Shown: positions 19,214 through 27,751 of the stretch, piece by piece
Layout: each line of letters opens with the position of its first letter
Numbering within the stretch: the first letter of the stretch is position 1
Position numbers and translations under genes: made by a program
From: a virus
Taxonomy: Duplodnaviria; Caudoviricetes
Length of the DNA stretch: 40,991 nt
Strand: one strand, 5' to 3'
IMG/VR virus record: IMGVR_UViG_3300044698_000201
Span: 1 to 40,991 of that record
Notes under the pieces: model-generated
The model's input: the letters and a program-made list of their open reading frames with translations, nothing else
Database searches by the model: none
Told to the model about the DNA's origin: nothing

Positions 19214-20795
19214 GGACGTCACCTCTGCCGGTGAGCTCGGCGATCTCGATCGCATTCGTCATGACATTCCCCAGTGCCTCGTGCTCCGCCGCACCTTCGT
19301 CCCAGCCCTCGAGTACCGCGTCGAGCGCGGCCTCGATCGTTGGCGCCGCGTCAATCCGCGCGAGGATCTGGTCGGTGAGGCCCGCGGCCGCTTTCGCGAT
19401 GAGGGCCTTCGTCACGCGCTCCAGACTCGCGGGGTCCGCGAGCGCAGGAATCCGCGTCGCCGCTTCGCCCAGCGCGAGGCGTGCCGCATCCTTCTTTTCC
19501 TTTTTGTCAGGCGGTGGCGCCGGTGGTGTGACGGCGGCCACCTTGCGCGGCACGAGCTTCGGCACGTTTGCCTGCTCGCGGATGTGCTCCGGGTCGATCG
19601 CCATGCCCGAAGGCTCGAGCGCTTCGTTCCACGAGACGAACGTCCGCGCGAGCTCGTTCGAATCATCGTCCGGCTTCCACTTGAAGACGACGTTAGGCGG
19701 CGAGGCAGCCCGGTCCCATCCGCGGTGGAAGCCGAGAAGGGGACGTGCGAGATAGAACCGCATCACCGAGCCGAGACGCCGTGCAACCGCACGCAGAATC
19801 TTGAGGTTCGTCTTTCGCGCGCCTTCGCCCGCGAGCGTACCGGCGCCAGGCTGGGAATCCGCGATGAGCGTGTGCCCGAGGTAGAGCTTCGTGACCTGGC
19901 TGTCGGCGAGCTCCTGAAGGCCGGAGAAAACGTTGATCGTGCCGTACCTCTGGGCCTCTTTGATGTCGATCTCTGTGCCCACGGGGAAGACGCCAGCAAA
20001 GTCTGACGAGAGCGCCTTCATCGTCTCGACCACCGATGGGCGGTGCTTCTCGTCGGCATAGAGCGCGACCAGGGTCGGCTTGCCGAACTTCTCGGCAAAG
20101 ATGAGCCAGTCCGTCACCGAATAATGCTTGATGAGGAACTGGAGGACGAGCGCGCGCCAGAGCCCCGCCTCGCGAGCCGAGCCAGGCGAAAAGCGCGAGC
20201 GGTAGACGATGAACCCGTTAGGCGTCAGCTCCTCGCCCCGGTACGGGTCCCGCGCCGTGAGGAGTCTCACCTGGTTCGCTTGCGCGTTCCAGGTTTCGCG
20301 GCGCCAGTCGATGAGCTCGAACCCGGCCGGCAGATAGTCGTCGTCCCACTGAATCTCGGCGAGCGTGAGAAACGTCTCGCCGTGAAGGAGGTGCGTGAGC
20401 AGCTCGTCCCACTCCTCGATGCCGTAGAAGACGTCGGAGACAAACTCGGCGTCCTGCTCGGCCAGCTTCTTTTCGCCTGCCGATGCGGACTTCCAGCTCT
20501 TGCCCTTGACCGCCGGCTGGCACTCCCAGTCGAGCGACGCGGCATCATTAATAAGGATGCGGTTGACCGAGAGGAAGTGCGCGTCCCGGAGGATCTTCTG
20601 AACGAGCGCACCTTGCTCGGCCATCGGCGCATCCGGCCGCGCGAGGCGGCCGAGCGTCTCGGCGTCGATGTCCCGGATCTCGCGCAGGGCCCACGAGTCG
20701 CGCGTCCGGCCGACCTCGGCGATCCGCTCCGGCGGCCGCGCCGTCTCCTGGATCGGCACGCCCGCGGCGTCGTACAGTACGACCTCGGCCGCCAT
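19206..20795 (-). CDS. Portal protein, DUF935/Mu gpH-like (529 aa)
   Basis: DAH..S, GL.R.L..FL.K.Y...DW..FAEKFGKP and K..LGHTL motifs. Confidence 0.92.
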   Translation of the reverse strand: MAAEVVLYDAAGVPIQETARPPERIAEVGRTRDSWALREIRDIDAETLGRLARPDAPMAEQGALVQKILRDAHFLSVNRILINDAASLDWECQPAVKGKSWKSASAGEKKLAEQDAEFVSDVFYGIEEWDELLTHLLHGETFLTLAEIQWDDDYLPAGFELIDWRRETWNAQANQVRLLTARDPYRGEELTPNGFIVYRSRFSPGSAREAGLWRALVLQFLIKHYSVTDWLIFAEKFGKPTLVALYADEKHRPSVVETMKALSSDFAGVFPVGTEIDIKEAQRYGTINVFSGLQELADSQVTKLYLGHTLIADSQPGAGTLAGEGARKTNLKILRAVARRLGSVMRFYLARPLLGFHRGWDRAASPPNVVFKWKPDDDSNELARTFVSWNEALEPSGMAIDPEHIREQANVPKLVPRKVAAVTPPAPPPDKKEKKDAARLALGEAATRIPALADPASLERVTKALIAKAAAGLTDQILARIDAAPTIEAALDAVLEGWDEGAAEHEALGNVMTNAIEIAELTGRGDVRG

Positions 20796-22525
20796 CAGAC
20801 GACCCTCCCGATGGCTCCGCGCGAGCGGCGAGTCTGCTGCGGCACGGTCACATGCGTCTCAGAAGACCAGGGGATGATTGACGGCGCGACGAGCCGCGCG
20901 AGACGCGCCGAGCACGCGGCCATCCCGAAGTGGTTCGGCACATCCGCGAGGTAACGGGCGATCGTGTTGCCCCTCGCGTCCCGCTCCATCTCTCGCTGCA
21001 GCTTCTTCAAGTGCTCCGCGACGAGACGCATGACCGGTGTCTGCTCGTCAGGCAGGAGTAGTCCGTGATCCGGGTGCGTTGCGTCGCGGCAGAACTGATC
21101 GAGCGCGTCGTTGCGATCGATCGTGACGAGTTGGTAGGTCGGATTCGTCGTCGAGCCGTAGCTGCCGATTGTCCCCTCGACGATATGCCGCTCAGTCGAG
21201 ACCGTGAGCTCACGCCCGGTGATGAAGTTCTGTAGCGCCACGCGCTCCGGAAAGATGTACGCGAGCTTTCGCGCGTCCGTGAGCAGCGGGTGCGCATCGG
21301 TGATTCCGAAGCGTGGACGGATCTTTGTGATGAGCGCGCCGACGCGCTCGACGAAGTGGTCGCTGTTGATCTTCTCGGCCCAGATAAGGCGCGGCCGTCC
21401 CTCGGGCAACCACTCTTCGGCCCAGAACCAGCATGCATTGCCCATGTCGATTCCGAAGAAAACGGGGTTCGCCTGGGGAGCGATGACGAGTGAGTACGGC
21501 CGCTGCATGCGCCGGATCTCGGCGTCCGTGATCGGCTGCATCGCCCCTGCGTCAGGCAGCGCGCGCTTCGACCGGTTGAAGATCGACATCTCGTCCGGGT
21601 CATCGAGGGCGTCCTTGTAGACCGCCATGATGTGGTCCGCGGAGATCGCGGGCATCGAGATCGCCGAGAGCCGGAACGAGTACTTGCGATCCGCTTTCTC
21701 GCGCTCGGGAAACGCGGCGACCCAGCGGCCATCGCGGGCAAGGTCAAAGGGCGAGTGGCACTTCGCGCACGCGCGCTCCCATTTTCCCCGGCGCTGCGCC
21801 ATGCACTCGGGAAACAGCTCCTCGAGAACCTGGTTATCCTTCCGGCACTTCGGGCAGCGGAGGACGTACTTCCGCTGCGATCCCTCGTGCCAGGCGGCGT
21901 CAATCCCCGAGCCAGGGCGGTACGGTGCCGAGAGCTTGAACTGGAGCCGGAGCGAGGAGTGCATGAGACGGCCGCGCGCCCACCGCCGGTTCGTCGTCGG
22001 GATGAAATCGACCTCGTCGAAGACCTGAGCATCCATCGGCGAGGAGATCGAACCTAACATCGACTCGAGTCCGAGGATGCGAAGGTGCGCGCCGTCCAAC
22101 TCCTTCAGCTGTCCTCGGTCGACCGAGGCGTCCTTGATGATTGCCGAGAGGAGTGAAGAGCCTTCAACGACGGGTTTCACGCGCGAGGCGCCGAACTCGG
22201 AGGCAAACTTGTCGGTCGGCAGGAAGTAACCGACGTTGTGACCGAGCTCGGCCGCGAGCCAGGTCACGAATCCGATCGCGCCTGTCGACGCCCCGAGCTG
22301 CTCGGCCTTCAGCAGAGTCACCGACGCGTCGGTGATGCGCTCCGTGACGATCTCGTGGAGGACGTCGAACACGGCTTTGAGCGGCTCGTGATCCCGCCAG
22401 GACCAGCGGCCGTTGTCCGTCGAGACCTCTTCCTCGAGCCAGGCGTCGAGCGTCCGGCGACGGCGCTTCGCTTCCCGCGCGCGGACCGCTCCCTGGTCGA
22501 CGAGGTCATGCAGGACGCTCGTCAT
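20795..22525 (-). CDS. Terminase large subunit, GpA-like (576 aa)
   Basis: LKAEQLGAST P-loop variant; VFDEVD Walker B; CPKC/CAKC zinc ribbon; FGIDMG nuclease motif; terminal NHF. Confidence 0.87.
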   Translation of the reverse strand: MTSVLHDLVDQGAVRAREAKRRRRTLDAWLEEEVSTDNGRWSWRDHEPLKAVFDVLHEIVTERITDASVTLLKAEQLGASTGAIGFVTWLAAELGHNVGYFLPTDKFASEFGASRVKPVVEGSSLLSAIIKDASVDRGQLKELDGAHLRILGLESMLGSISSPMDAQVFDEVDFIPTTNRRWARGRLMHSSLRLQFKLSAPYRPGSGIDAAWHEGSQRKYVLRCPKCRKDNQVLEELFPECMAQRRGKWERACAKCHSPFDLARDGRWVAAFPEREKADRKYSFRLSAISMPAISADHIMAVYKDALDDPDEMSIFNRSKRALPDAGAMQPITDAEIRRMQRPYSLVIAPQANPVFFGIDMGNACWFWAEEWLPEGRPRLIWAEKINSDHFVERVGALITKIRPRFGITDAHPLLTDARKLAYIFPERVALQNFITGRELTVSTERHIVEGTIGSYGSTTNPTYQLVTIDRNDALDQFCRDATHPDHGLLLPDEQTPVMRLVAEHLKKLQREMERDARGNTIARYLADVPNHFGMAACSARLARLVAPSIIPWSSETHVTVPQQTRRSRGAIGRVV

Positions 22526-23154
22526 CGCGACTCCTCGAGGAGCTTGTGTGCCGACTCGTCGATGACGGCGAGTACCTGGTCGAGGAGCTTCGGATACCGG
22601 TTCGCAAGCAACGCCTGCACCTGCGCCTTGATGAGGGTCTGCGCCGCCCGTACACCGCGGGAGTGCTGCATCCGCGCCCGCTCCCGGGACGCGCCCGAGC
22701 TCTGAAGACGCGCGATCGTCTGCATCTTCGCGATCGCATCGTCGTCGACCGACTCCGATTCCAGGAGGTCGTCGAAGAGCTTCGTCAGTGCGAGCTGCGA
22801 GGAGGCCTTCTCCAGGGAGAGAATGACGTCATCGTCATCGTGCGCGAACTCCTTCGCGAGCTCGATGATCCGGCGCGCCTTCTGCCGCTGGACTTCAAAC
22901 TCCATGCCCCAGCGGGCTAGCGCCGACCGCGAGATCCAGTAGCCGGTCCCGCGTACCTTCTCGACCATCTGATCGAGCGTCAGCTTCGGGCGCTCGAGAA
23001 ACAGGCCCCGGAGGTACCCATCGAAACCTGCCTGACGATCGACGGTCTTCTGGCCGCGCTTGCCGCGCACGGGCGGGCCCTTCGGCTTCATCCGTGCCGG
23101 CTTCTTCACGGCGGGCTTCTTGGCGGGACCCTTCTGCTTCGTCGTGCGAGTCAT
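22522..23154 (-). CDS. Terminase small subunit, DUF3486/Mu gp27-like (210 aa)
   Basis: TLDQM....GY.ISRSALARWG motif; directly upstream of terL; Lys/Pro-rich N-terminal extension. Confidence 0.8.
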   Translation of the reverse strand: MTRTTKQKGPAKKPAVKKPARMKPKGPPVRGKRGQKTVDRQAGFDGYLRGLFLERPKLTLDQMVEKVRGTGYWISRSALARWGMEFEVQRQKARRIIELAKEFAHDDDDVILSLEKASSQLALTKLFDDLLESESVDDDAIAKMQTIARLQSSGASRERARMQHSRGVRAAQTLIKAQVQALLANRYPKLLDQVLAVIDESAHKLLEESR

Positions 23155-23918
23155 CGGCCGGCCACCTTCCGAACCCAGTACCGAATCCGCGCCTCGGCGA
23201 TGCGGTAATATTCGCGATCCAACTCGATCCCGACGAACTTGGCCGACTCGGCAATCGCGGCGCAGCCTGTCGTTCCCGATCCGGTGAAAGGGTCGAGGAC
23301 GGTTCCGCCCGCCGGGGTGACGAGCCGGACGAGATGCCGCATGAGCGCGACTGGCTTGACCGTTGGGTGATGGTTCCGCCGCGGCTTCGCCTTCTTCTTC
23401 AGATTCGTGAGAAGCGTGCTCGATCGCTTCCGCAACTTCGTGCCTGAAAGGCCCTCCTCGCGCTCGGCCGTTGTCGGCTTGGCCACGTAGTAGAAGCGCG
23501 AGGGCTTCGCGGAGCCCTCGGTCCCTTCGTCGAGCATGGCGGCGGCCCCGGTGTCGAGCATGACGTTCGCGGGCCAACGGCAGGCGGGCTTGAGCTTCGA
23601 GCGGTGTTTGGGGAAGCCGTTCGCGTAGAGCCAGGCGACGCAGTCTTGAATCTCGAATCCCGCGTCCTCGATCGCGACTGCCATGCGGTGAAACGTCCGC
23701 GTGCCACCGAAGGCGAGCATGTATGCACCGGGTTTTGCGACGCGGTGGACCTCGCCCCAGAAACTCTCGTCGTGCGCGACCCCGCTCGAGTCCCATTTCC
23801 GCCCGCCGAGTTCGATCTCGTAAGGCGGATCAGTGACGACCGCGTCGATCGACTCGGCATCCATGAGACCGAGCGCGACTCGTGAATCGGCGCGGAAAAG
23901 TGCGACCCGGTCCTTCAT
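23151..23918 (-). CDS. DNA amino-methyltransferase, N6/N4 beta class (255 aa)
   Basis: TDPPY motif IV precedes HPTVKP..LDPFTGSGTT motif I. Confidence 0.93.
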   Translation of the reverse strand: MKDRVALFRADSRVALGLMDAESIDAVVTDPPYEIELGGRKWDSSGVAHDESFWGEVHRVAKPGAYMLAFGGTRTFHRMAVAIEDAGFEIQDCVAWLYANGFPKHRSKLKPACRWPANVMLDTGAAAMLDEGTEGSAKPSRFYYVAKPTTAEREEGLSGTKLRKRSSTLLTNLKKKAKPRRNHHPTVKPVALMRHLVRLVTPAGGTVLDPFTGSGTTGCAAIAESAKFVGIELDREYYRIAEARIRYWVRKVAGR

Positions 23919-24202
23919 GCCTGCGCGCGCTCCTTGATCGCTCGGTGCATCCGCGTGAATCCCGTATCGATCTGGTTGGACAGGTCGACACGCTCACGCA
24001 GGTCGTGGACCTGGCCTTTCGTCGCGAACTCCTCACGGAACTCTTTGCCGAGCCGCGCCTCGAGGACGAGGAGCGTGTTCTGCGTCTCGAGGTGCTGCTG
24101 TTTGATCGTCGAGCGGATCGAGTAGACTCCGAGCCCGACGAACCCGTTGAGCAGGATCGACACGATGAGCATGAGAAACGGGGTCATTGAGATCTCCGGC
24201 AT
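23915..24202 (-). CDS. Single-TM membrane protein, Mu gp25 position (95 aa)
   Basis: N-terminal TM plus coiled coil; between spanins and packaging genes. Confidence 0.6.
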   Translation of the reverse strand: MPEISMTPFLMLIVSILLNGFVGLGVYSIRSTIKQQHLETQNTLLVLEARLGKEFREEFATKGQVHDLRERVDLSNQIDTGFTRMHRAIKERAQA

Positions 24203-24465
24203 CGCTCCAGCTCCCCTTCCAGCCGTATGACCTTTTCGCGTAGTCCCGAGTAAGCCTCTTCGCTGAGCAGGATTCCCGGGAACGGTGCGGCCTCACCCGC
24301 CTTCATCCAGTGCACCCAGATCGTCTCCGGCTGCCTGACAACGGGCGCGAGGTCCTTCCGGCCCCAGGCACACGAGGTGAGCGCGCAGAGGACGAGGAGG
24401 CAAAGGACAACCTTTAGGCTATCCGCCCAGGATGTCCCGCAGCTCTTGCTGGGTACGCGCGTCAT
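24184..24465 (-). CDS. Putative o-spanin lipoprotein (93 aa)
   Basis: GGAGG RBS then ATG 24465; hydrophobic core with lipobox LTSC; start lies within the upstream i-spanin-like ORF. Confidence 0.65.
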   Translation of the reverse strand: MTRVPSKSCGTSWADSLKVVLCLLVLCALTSCAWGRKDLAPVVRQPETIWVHWMKAGEAAPFPGILLSEEAYSGLREKVIRLEGELERCRRSQ

Positions 24466-24598
24466 CCTTTGCCTCCAACTCCTTTGCGAGCTCGCCGAGC
24501 TCAGCCGTTGTGTCCTGGTCACCCTTCTTCGCGCGACCCTCTTTCACGAGCGAGGCGATGAATTCGAGAATCGCCAATACGGCCCGGACGATGCTCAT
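24419..24598 (-). CDS. Putative i-spanin (59 aa; not in ORF track)
   Basis: MSIVRAVLAILEFIASLVKEG... hydrophobic N-terminus plus helical tail; ATGA-coupled; overlaps the lipoprotein as Rz/Rz1 do. Confidence 0.55.
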   Translation of the reverse strand: MSIVRAVLAILEFIASLVKEGRAKKGDQDTTAELGELAKELEAKDDARTQQELRDILGG

Positions 24599-24765
24599 CG
24601 CCGTGCCCCGCGCATGTACTGCCGGCGGTGTCCCTCGCGCCGCTTCCTGCGCCGACGCTGCTCGCGGATCTCTTCGAACGTCTTCTCGATCCAGAGCAGA
24701 AGTGCGAGGCCCGCTCCGCTCGCCGCCAGGACGATGCAGACCGTGATCGTGTCGTCCAGAGGCAT
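24595..24765 (-). CDS. Small single-TM protein with Arg-rich tail (56 aa; not in ORF track)
   Basis: MPLDDTITVCIVLAASGAGLALLLWIEK...RRRRKRR; translationally coupled at both ends. Confidence 0.55.
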   Translation of the reverse strand: MPLDDTITVCIVLAASGAGLALLLWIEKTFEEIREQRRRRKRREGHRRQYMRGARR

Positions 24766-25184
24766 CAGGGCTCGGTCTCCCCGGGACGTCCAGACGTCTC
24801 GGCCGTCGGCATCCGGTGGATCGGGACCAGCGGCGCGCGCCGGCGCTTCATCCCTACCGCCTCACGCCACCAGTCGTTGTCAGGCAGCTCGGCCGTCATG
24901 CCGGCATCCGAGGCGACGAGCATCACGTAGACCTCGCGCGGGTTGCCGTGGGCGTCGCGCGTCGTCACCTTCGCGTTCGACAGAACGTGCGTCAGATCAA
25001 CCCATAGAAGCACATGGTCCCTCCCGCACCGCTGCACGCGAACGATGTGCTCGCCGCCGCTCCACCCCTTGGGGCGGTACGCATCGCGAGAGCCAGGCGC
25101 TGGCACTGAGCTCGTCTCACTCCACCCCGGCACACCCAGGACGAGCAGCAACACACTGACCGCGACGGCGAGCATGCGACGCAT
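24765..25184 (-). CDS. Putative secreted protein (139 aa)
   Basis: ATG 25184 in TGATG overlap; signal-peptide-like MRRMLAVAVSVLLLVLGVPGWS. Confidence 0.55.
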   Translation of the reverse strand: MRRMLAVAVSVLLLVLGVPGWSETSSVPAPGSRDAYRPKGWSGGEHIVRVQRCGRDHVLLWVDLTHVLSNAKVTTRDAHGNPREVYVMLVASDAGMTAELPDNDWWREAVGMKRRRAPLVPIHRMPTAETSGRPGETEP

Positions 25185-25354
25185 CAGACCGTCAAGCCTT
25201 CCTTCGTGATCGCGCGCAGGATCACGTTGAGCACCGTCAGGATCGTCACCACCATCTCGGCCGAGATCTCGATCCCGAACTGCGCCGCGGTGAACGTGCC
25301 GATCGCGGCGATCAGATTCGCCCACAACGTTTTCGACAGGTACCACTTCTTCAT
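25184..25354 (-). CDS. Holin (56 aa, 2 TM; not in ORF track)
   Basis: MKKWYLSKTLWANLIAAIG...ILTVLNVILRAITKE matches the K.WY.SKT.W.N / N.ILR..T small-holin pattern; RBS GGGAGA. Confidence 0.75.
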   Translation of the reverse strand: MKKWYLSKTLWANLIAAIGTFTAAQFGIEISAEMVVTILTVLNVILRAITKEGLTV

Positions 25355-25461
25355 TGCTCTCTCCCTTTTTCAAGGTGAGGGATGCGAGGCCGGCCGTAAC
25401 CGGCCCGGCACCCCTCTAGTCGTGCAGGAGCGACGCGCTCCCGGCTACCCTCACGGGCTCT

Positions 25462-26241
25462 TCATTCAGTCGTGAATCGCAGTTTGGGCGCGAGCGGAAT
25501 CACACGCTGTGAGCCTCCGCCACGTACACCCACCGCCACGAATCCATACAGCGGCTCGTCAAACGAGCAACCACCGCAGCCGATCGGGAGACCCTGGGCG
25601 AGCTCGAGCCGGCCGATGCCAACCGGCGTTGAGACCTGGTAGAGCGTCAGCCCCGCCGGCACGTCGAAGACCTCAACGCCTAACGGCTCGTTCGCGCCGT
25701 CGAAGACGGTAGCGCGCACGGCCGTGTATTTACCCTCGTTGAAAATGACGACCGCCGTATCGTGCTCGTCCGTCACGCGGATGAGCGGCGCTTCGGCCGT
25801 CTCGCCCGCGCGGAGCTGATAACGGAGAGGCGGAATCTCGAACGCCGTGACGTTGCCCTCGCTGTCGCGGTAGCGCGCGTAGACGCTCACGAAGGGAGAA
25901 CCCCCGGTCTCGTAGGGCACGAGCCCGATACGTTCCCCGCAGAGGTACCCGCCGAAATTCTCGATGACAGCTGACTCGTCAGGCCCGACGGAGACGTCAA
26001 AACCCGATGGGCCGAAGGGGCAATTCGTACCGTGAACGCGGGCCGGCGTGTCGCCCGAGAACGTCGTCACCAGGAGATCCGTCTCCCAGGAACCGTTGTC
26101 CGCGTACACCAGACGCGGCCCGTCCTCGGCCGAGGCCGCAAATCCGCAGGAAAGAAAAAGGATGAGCAGCGCCCCCGCTGCCCATCCCGACCGCCGAACG
26201 TTCCCGAATCCACCCATCGCGCCCACTCCCGTCAGGTTCAA
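25462..26241 (-). CDS. Putative secreted beta-rich protein (up to 259 aa; start uncertain)
   Basis: Signal peptide ..WAAGALLILFLSCGFAASA; Cys pairs; first ORF of the leftward late region. Confidence 0.6.
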   Translation of the reverse strand: MNLTGVGAMGGFGNVRRSGWAAGALLILFLSCGFAASAEDGPRLVYADNGSWETDLLVTTFSGDTPARVHGTNCPFGPSGFDVSVGPDESAVIENFGGYLCGERIGLVPYETGGSPFVSVYARYRDSEGNVTAFEIPPLRYQLRAGETAEAPLIRVTDEHDTAVVIFNEGKYTAVRATVFDGANEPLGVEVFDVPAGLTLYQVSTPVGIGRLELAQGLPIGCGGCSFDEPLYGFVAVGVRGGGSQRVIPLAPKLRFTTE

Positions 26242-26284
26242 CCGTTCACACGTTCAACGGTAGGCCGTTCGGGGGCGGGATGTC

Positions 26285-26390
26285 GTCGATTCTGTCCTCT
26301 TATGACGCTTCTGAGCGAAAAGTTCGCTTCTGAGCGAAAAGTTCTCTTCTGTCGATTCTGTCCTCTTCTGTCGATTCTGTCCTCTTATGA
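26285..26390. repeat. Tandem repeat array of 19-bp units, putative regulatory region
   Basis: GTCGATTCTGTCCTCTT at 26285, 26351 and 26370; CGCTTCTGAGCGAAAAGTT at 26306 and 26325. Confidence 0.85.
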
Positions 26391-26436
26391 ACGAAATGTG
26401 CGTCCGGAATCTGGACGGAAGGGGTAGAATCGGCAA

Positions 26437-26748
26437 GTGATGACATCGACGAGCGCGCCGGAATGGTTGCTCAGGCGGCTGGCCAAACACCGGGAGTCGA
26501 TCCAACGCACAGCAGACTTCTGGTTGTCCCAGGTGCGGCGCAAGCGGGGCCCCCAAGCGAAGCAGGACGTCGTCTACGTCGCTCGCATCTACGTGACGCG
26601 CGGTCTCGAGCCCTGTGACGATCACCGCCATGAAGAGCCGCCAGAGGCTGGGAGGCGGATCGATCGGGCGTGGTGGTGCTGTCCCAGGTGCTACTGTTCC
26701 GTCGGCTACTCGACCTACGAAATCGGTTCGTCCATGAGCGTCACGTAG
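26437..26748 (+). CDS. Hypothetical protein with CPRC motif (103 aa)
   Basis: TAGAAT at 26425-26430 just before the start (leaderless-like); overlaps the convergent HTH gene by 34 bp. Confidence 0.35.
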   Translation: MMTSTSAPEWLLRRLAKHRESIQRTADFWLSQVRRKRGPQAKQDVVYVARIYVTRGLEPCDDHRHEEPPEAGRRIDRAWWCCPRCYCSVGYSTYEIGSSMSVT

Positions 26749-26954
26749 CGCTCGAGCGACGAGGCCCGCACGCGCCACGGGCAGTGGCACGACTCGTCCG
26801 GTCCGCACGAGCCCCGGTGAAGCTTGAACCCGTGAATCACTCCGTCACGGAGACGGCGGATCACCGCGGCCGTCGAAAGGTCCAGGACTCGCGCAACTTT
26901 CTCGGGTGTCAGCAGCCGGTCGGTCTCGGTCGTCAGCTCGCTCCCCCCTCGCAA
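26715..26954 (-). CDS. Xis/MerR-like winged-HTH DNA-binding protein (HTH_17-like; start uncertain)
   Basis: LLTPEKVARVLDLS...V.R.LRDG.I.GFKL...WRV..SSLERYV. Confidence 0.78.
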   Translation of the reverse strand: MRGGSELTTETDRLLTPEKVARVLDLSTAAVIRRLRDGVIHGFKLHRGSCGPDESCHCPWRVRASSLERYVTLMDEPIS

Positions 26955-26980
26955 CGACGGTTCAGACAGCCATCACCTTG

Positions 26981-27008
26981 ATTCTAACGTCGTTGTGAGG
27001 ATTTTCAA
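26981..27008 (-). promoter_or_regulatory. Putative sigma70 promoter for the wHTH gene
   Basis: TTGAAA-16 bp-TAGAAT on the minus strand. Confidence 0.55.
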
Positions 27009-27030
27009 TTCATTTGCCCGGGAAAACAGT

Positions 27031-27068
27031 GTGGCCCTATTGACAGCGTGGCCCAATTAACCCATATT
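27031..27068 (+). promoter_or_regulatory. Putative sigma70 promoter and operator of the three-gene moron
   Basis: TTGACA(27040)-17 bp-CATATT; direct repeat GTGGCCCWATT at 27031 and 27048; AGGAGG RBS downstream. Confidence 0.65.
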
Positions 27069-27088
27069 GATGGAAGGAGGGTAACCCC

Positions 27089-27436
27089 ATGCACGAGCTC
27101 AACGATCTCAACCAATGTGACAGATGCGGCGAGGTGATCGCGGACATCGACGCCGGCTTCTCGCCCGCGGTCCAGGAGATGGCGCACGACTGCGGCGGTG
27201 GCCAACGCGGTACGTGGAGGCGGCCGACGCCGCAATCACTCGCGCGCTACGCGGCAGACCTTCCGGTCGAGTCGCTCGTCCGCGTCTGGTACGACGAGGA
27301 TGACGATGCGTGGGTGCATGATCCGTGGAACACGCTGCGCCAGATCGCTGCGACAGGTGAGCAGGCGACCGCCCTCTCCGGATCCGCCCTGCGTGTTGCA
27401 TCAACGTCGCGACGTCTGGACGTCATCATCTATTAG
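27089..27436 (+). CDS. Hypothetical protein (115 aa)
   Basis: AAGGAGG RBS; CxxC...HxC N-terminus. Confidence 0.62.
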   Translation: MHELNDLNQCDRCGEVIADIDAGFSPAVQEMAHDCGGGQRGTWRRPTPQSLARYAADLPVESLVRVWYDEDDDAWVHDPWNTLRQIAATGEQATALSGSALRVASTSRRLDVIIY

Positions 27437-27448
27437 GAGGCAACGGAA

Positions 27449-27751
27449 ATGACCCGGATCTACGCGCAACGCTATTTTGTCAAACGAGAGGACAACCGAA
27501 TCACACTCTACGACGACCACGAGGGTCGAGCTGCTCTCGACCTGCTCGCGTATGGCCGCAGGCGCACGTGGACAATCAGCCCCGCCGAGGACGCGCCGCG
27601 CGTGGAGCGGTGGCTGCATCGTCTGCTCGGGGACACCAATCATGACGTGGTCGCTGTCGAGGGCGCTCTCAGGGACAGCCGCAGCCCACTCCATCCGGTG
27701 GGGATCGCTGAGCGCAGGTATCTCGTGACATGGGGCGGGGCGGATTCGTGA
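27449..27751 (+). CDS. Hypothetical protein (100 aa)
   Basis: AGGAGG RBS overlapping the previous stop. Confidence 0.62.
   Translation: MTRIYAQRYFVKREDNRITLYDDHEGRAALDLLAYGRRRTWTISPAEDAPRVERWLHRLLGDTNHDVVAVEGALRDSRSPLHPVGIAERRYLVTWGGADS

Noticed and set aside
22522-23796. Extended starts in the ORF track (also 4767, 13064, 13940, 15188, 25373, 35901)
   Set aside because: The extensions overlap neighbouring genes; downstream starts with stop/start coupling or an RBS fit better.
26285-26390. Repeat array as a CRISPR array
   Set aside because: The units are adjacent tandem repeats without unique spacers, and there are no cas genes.
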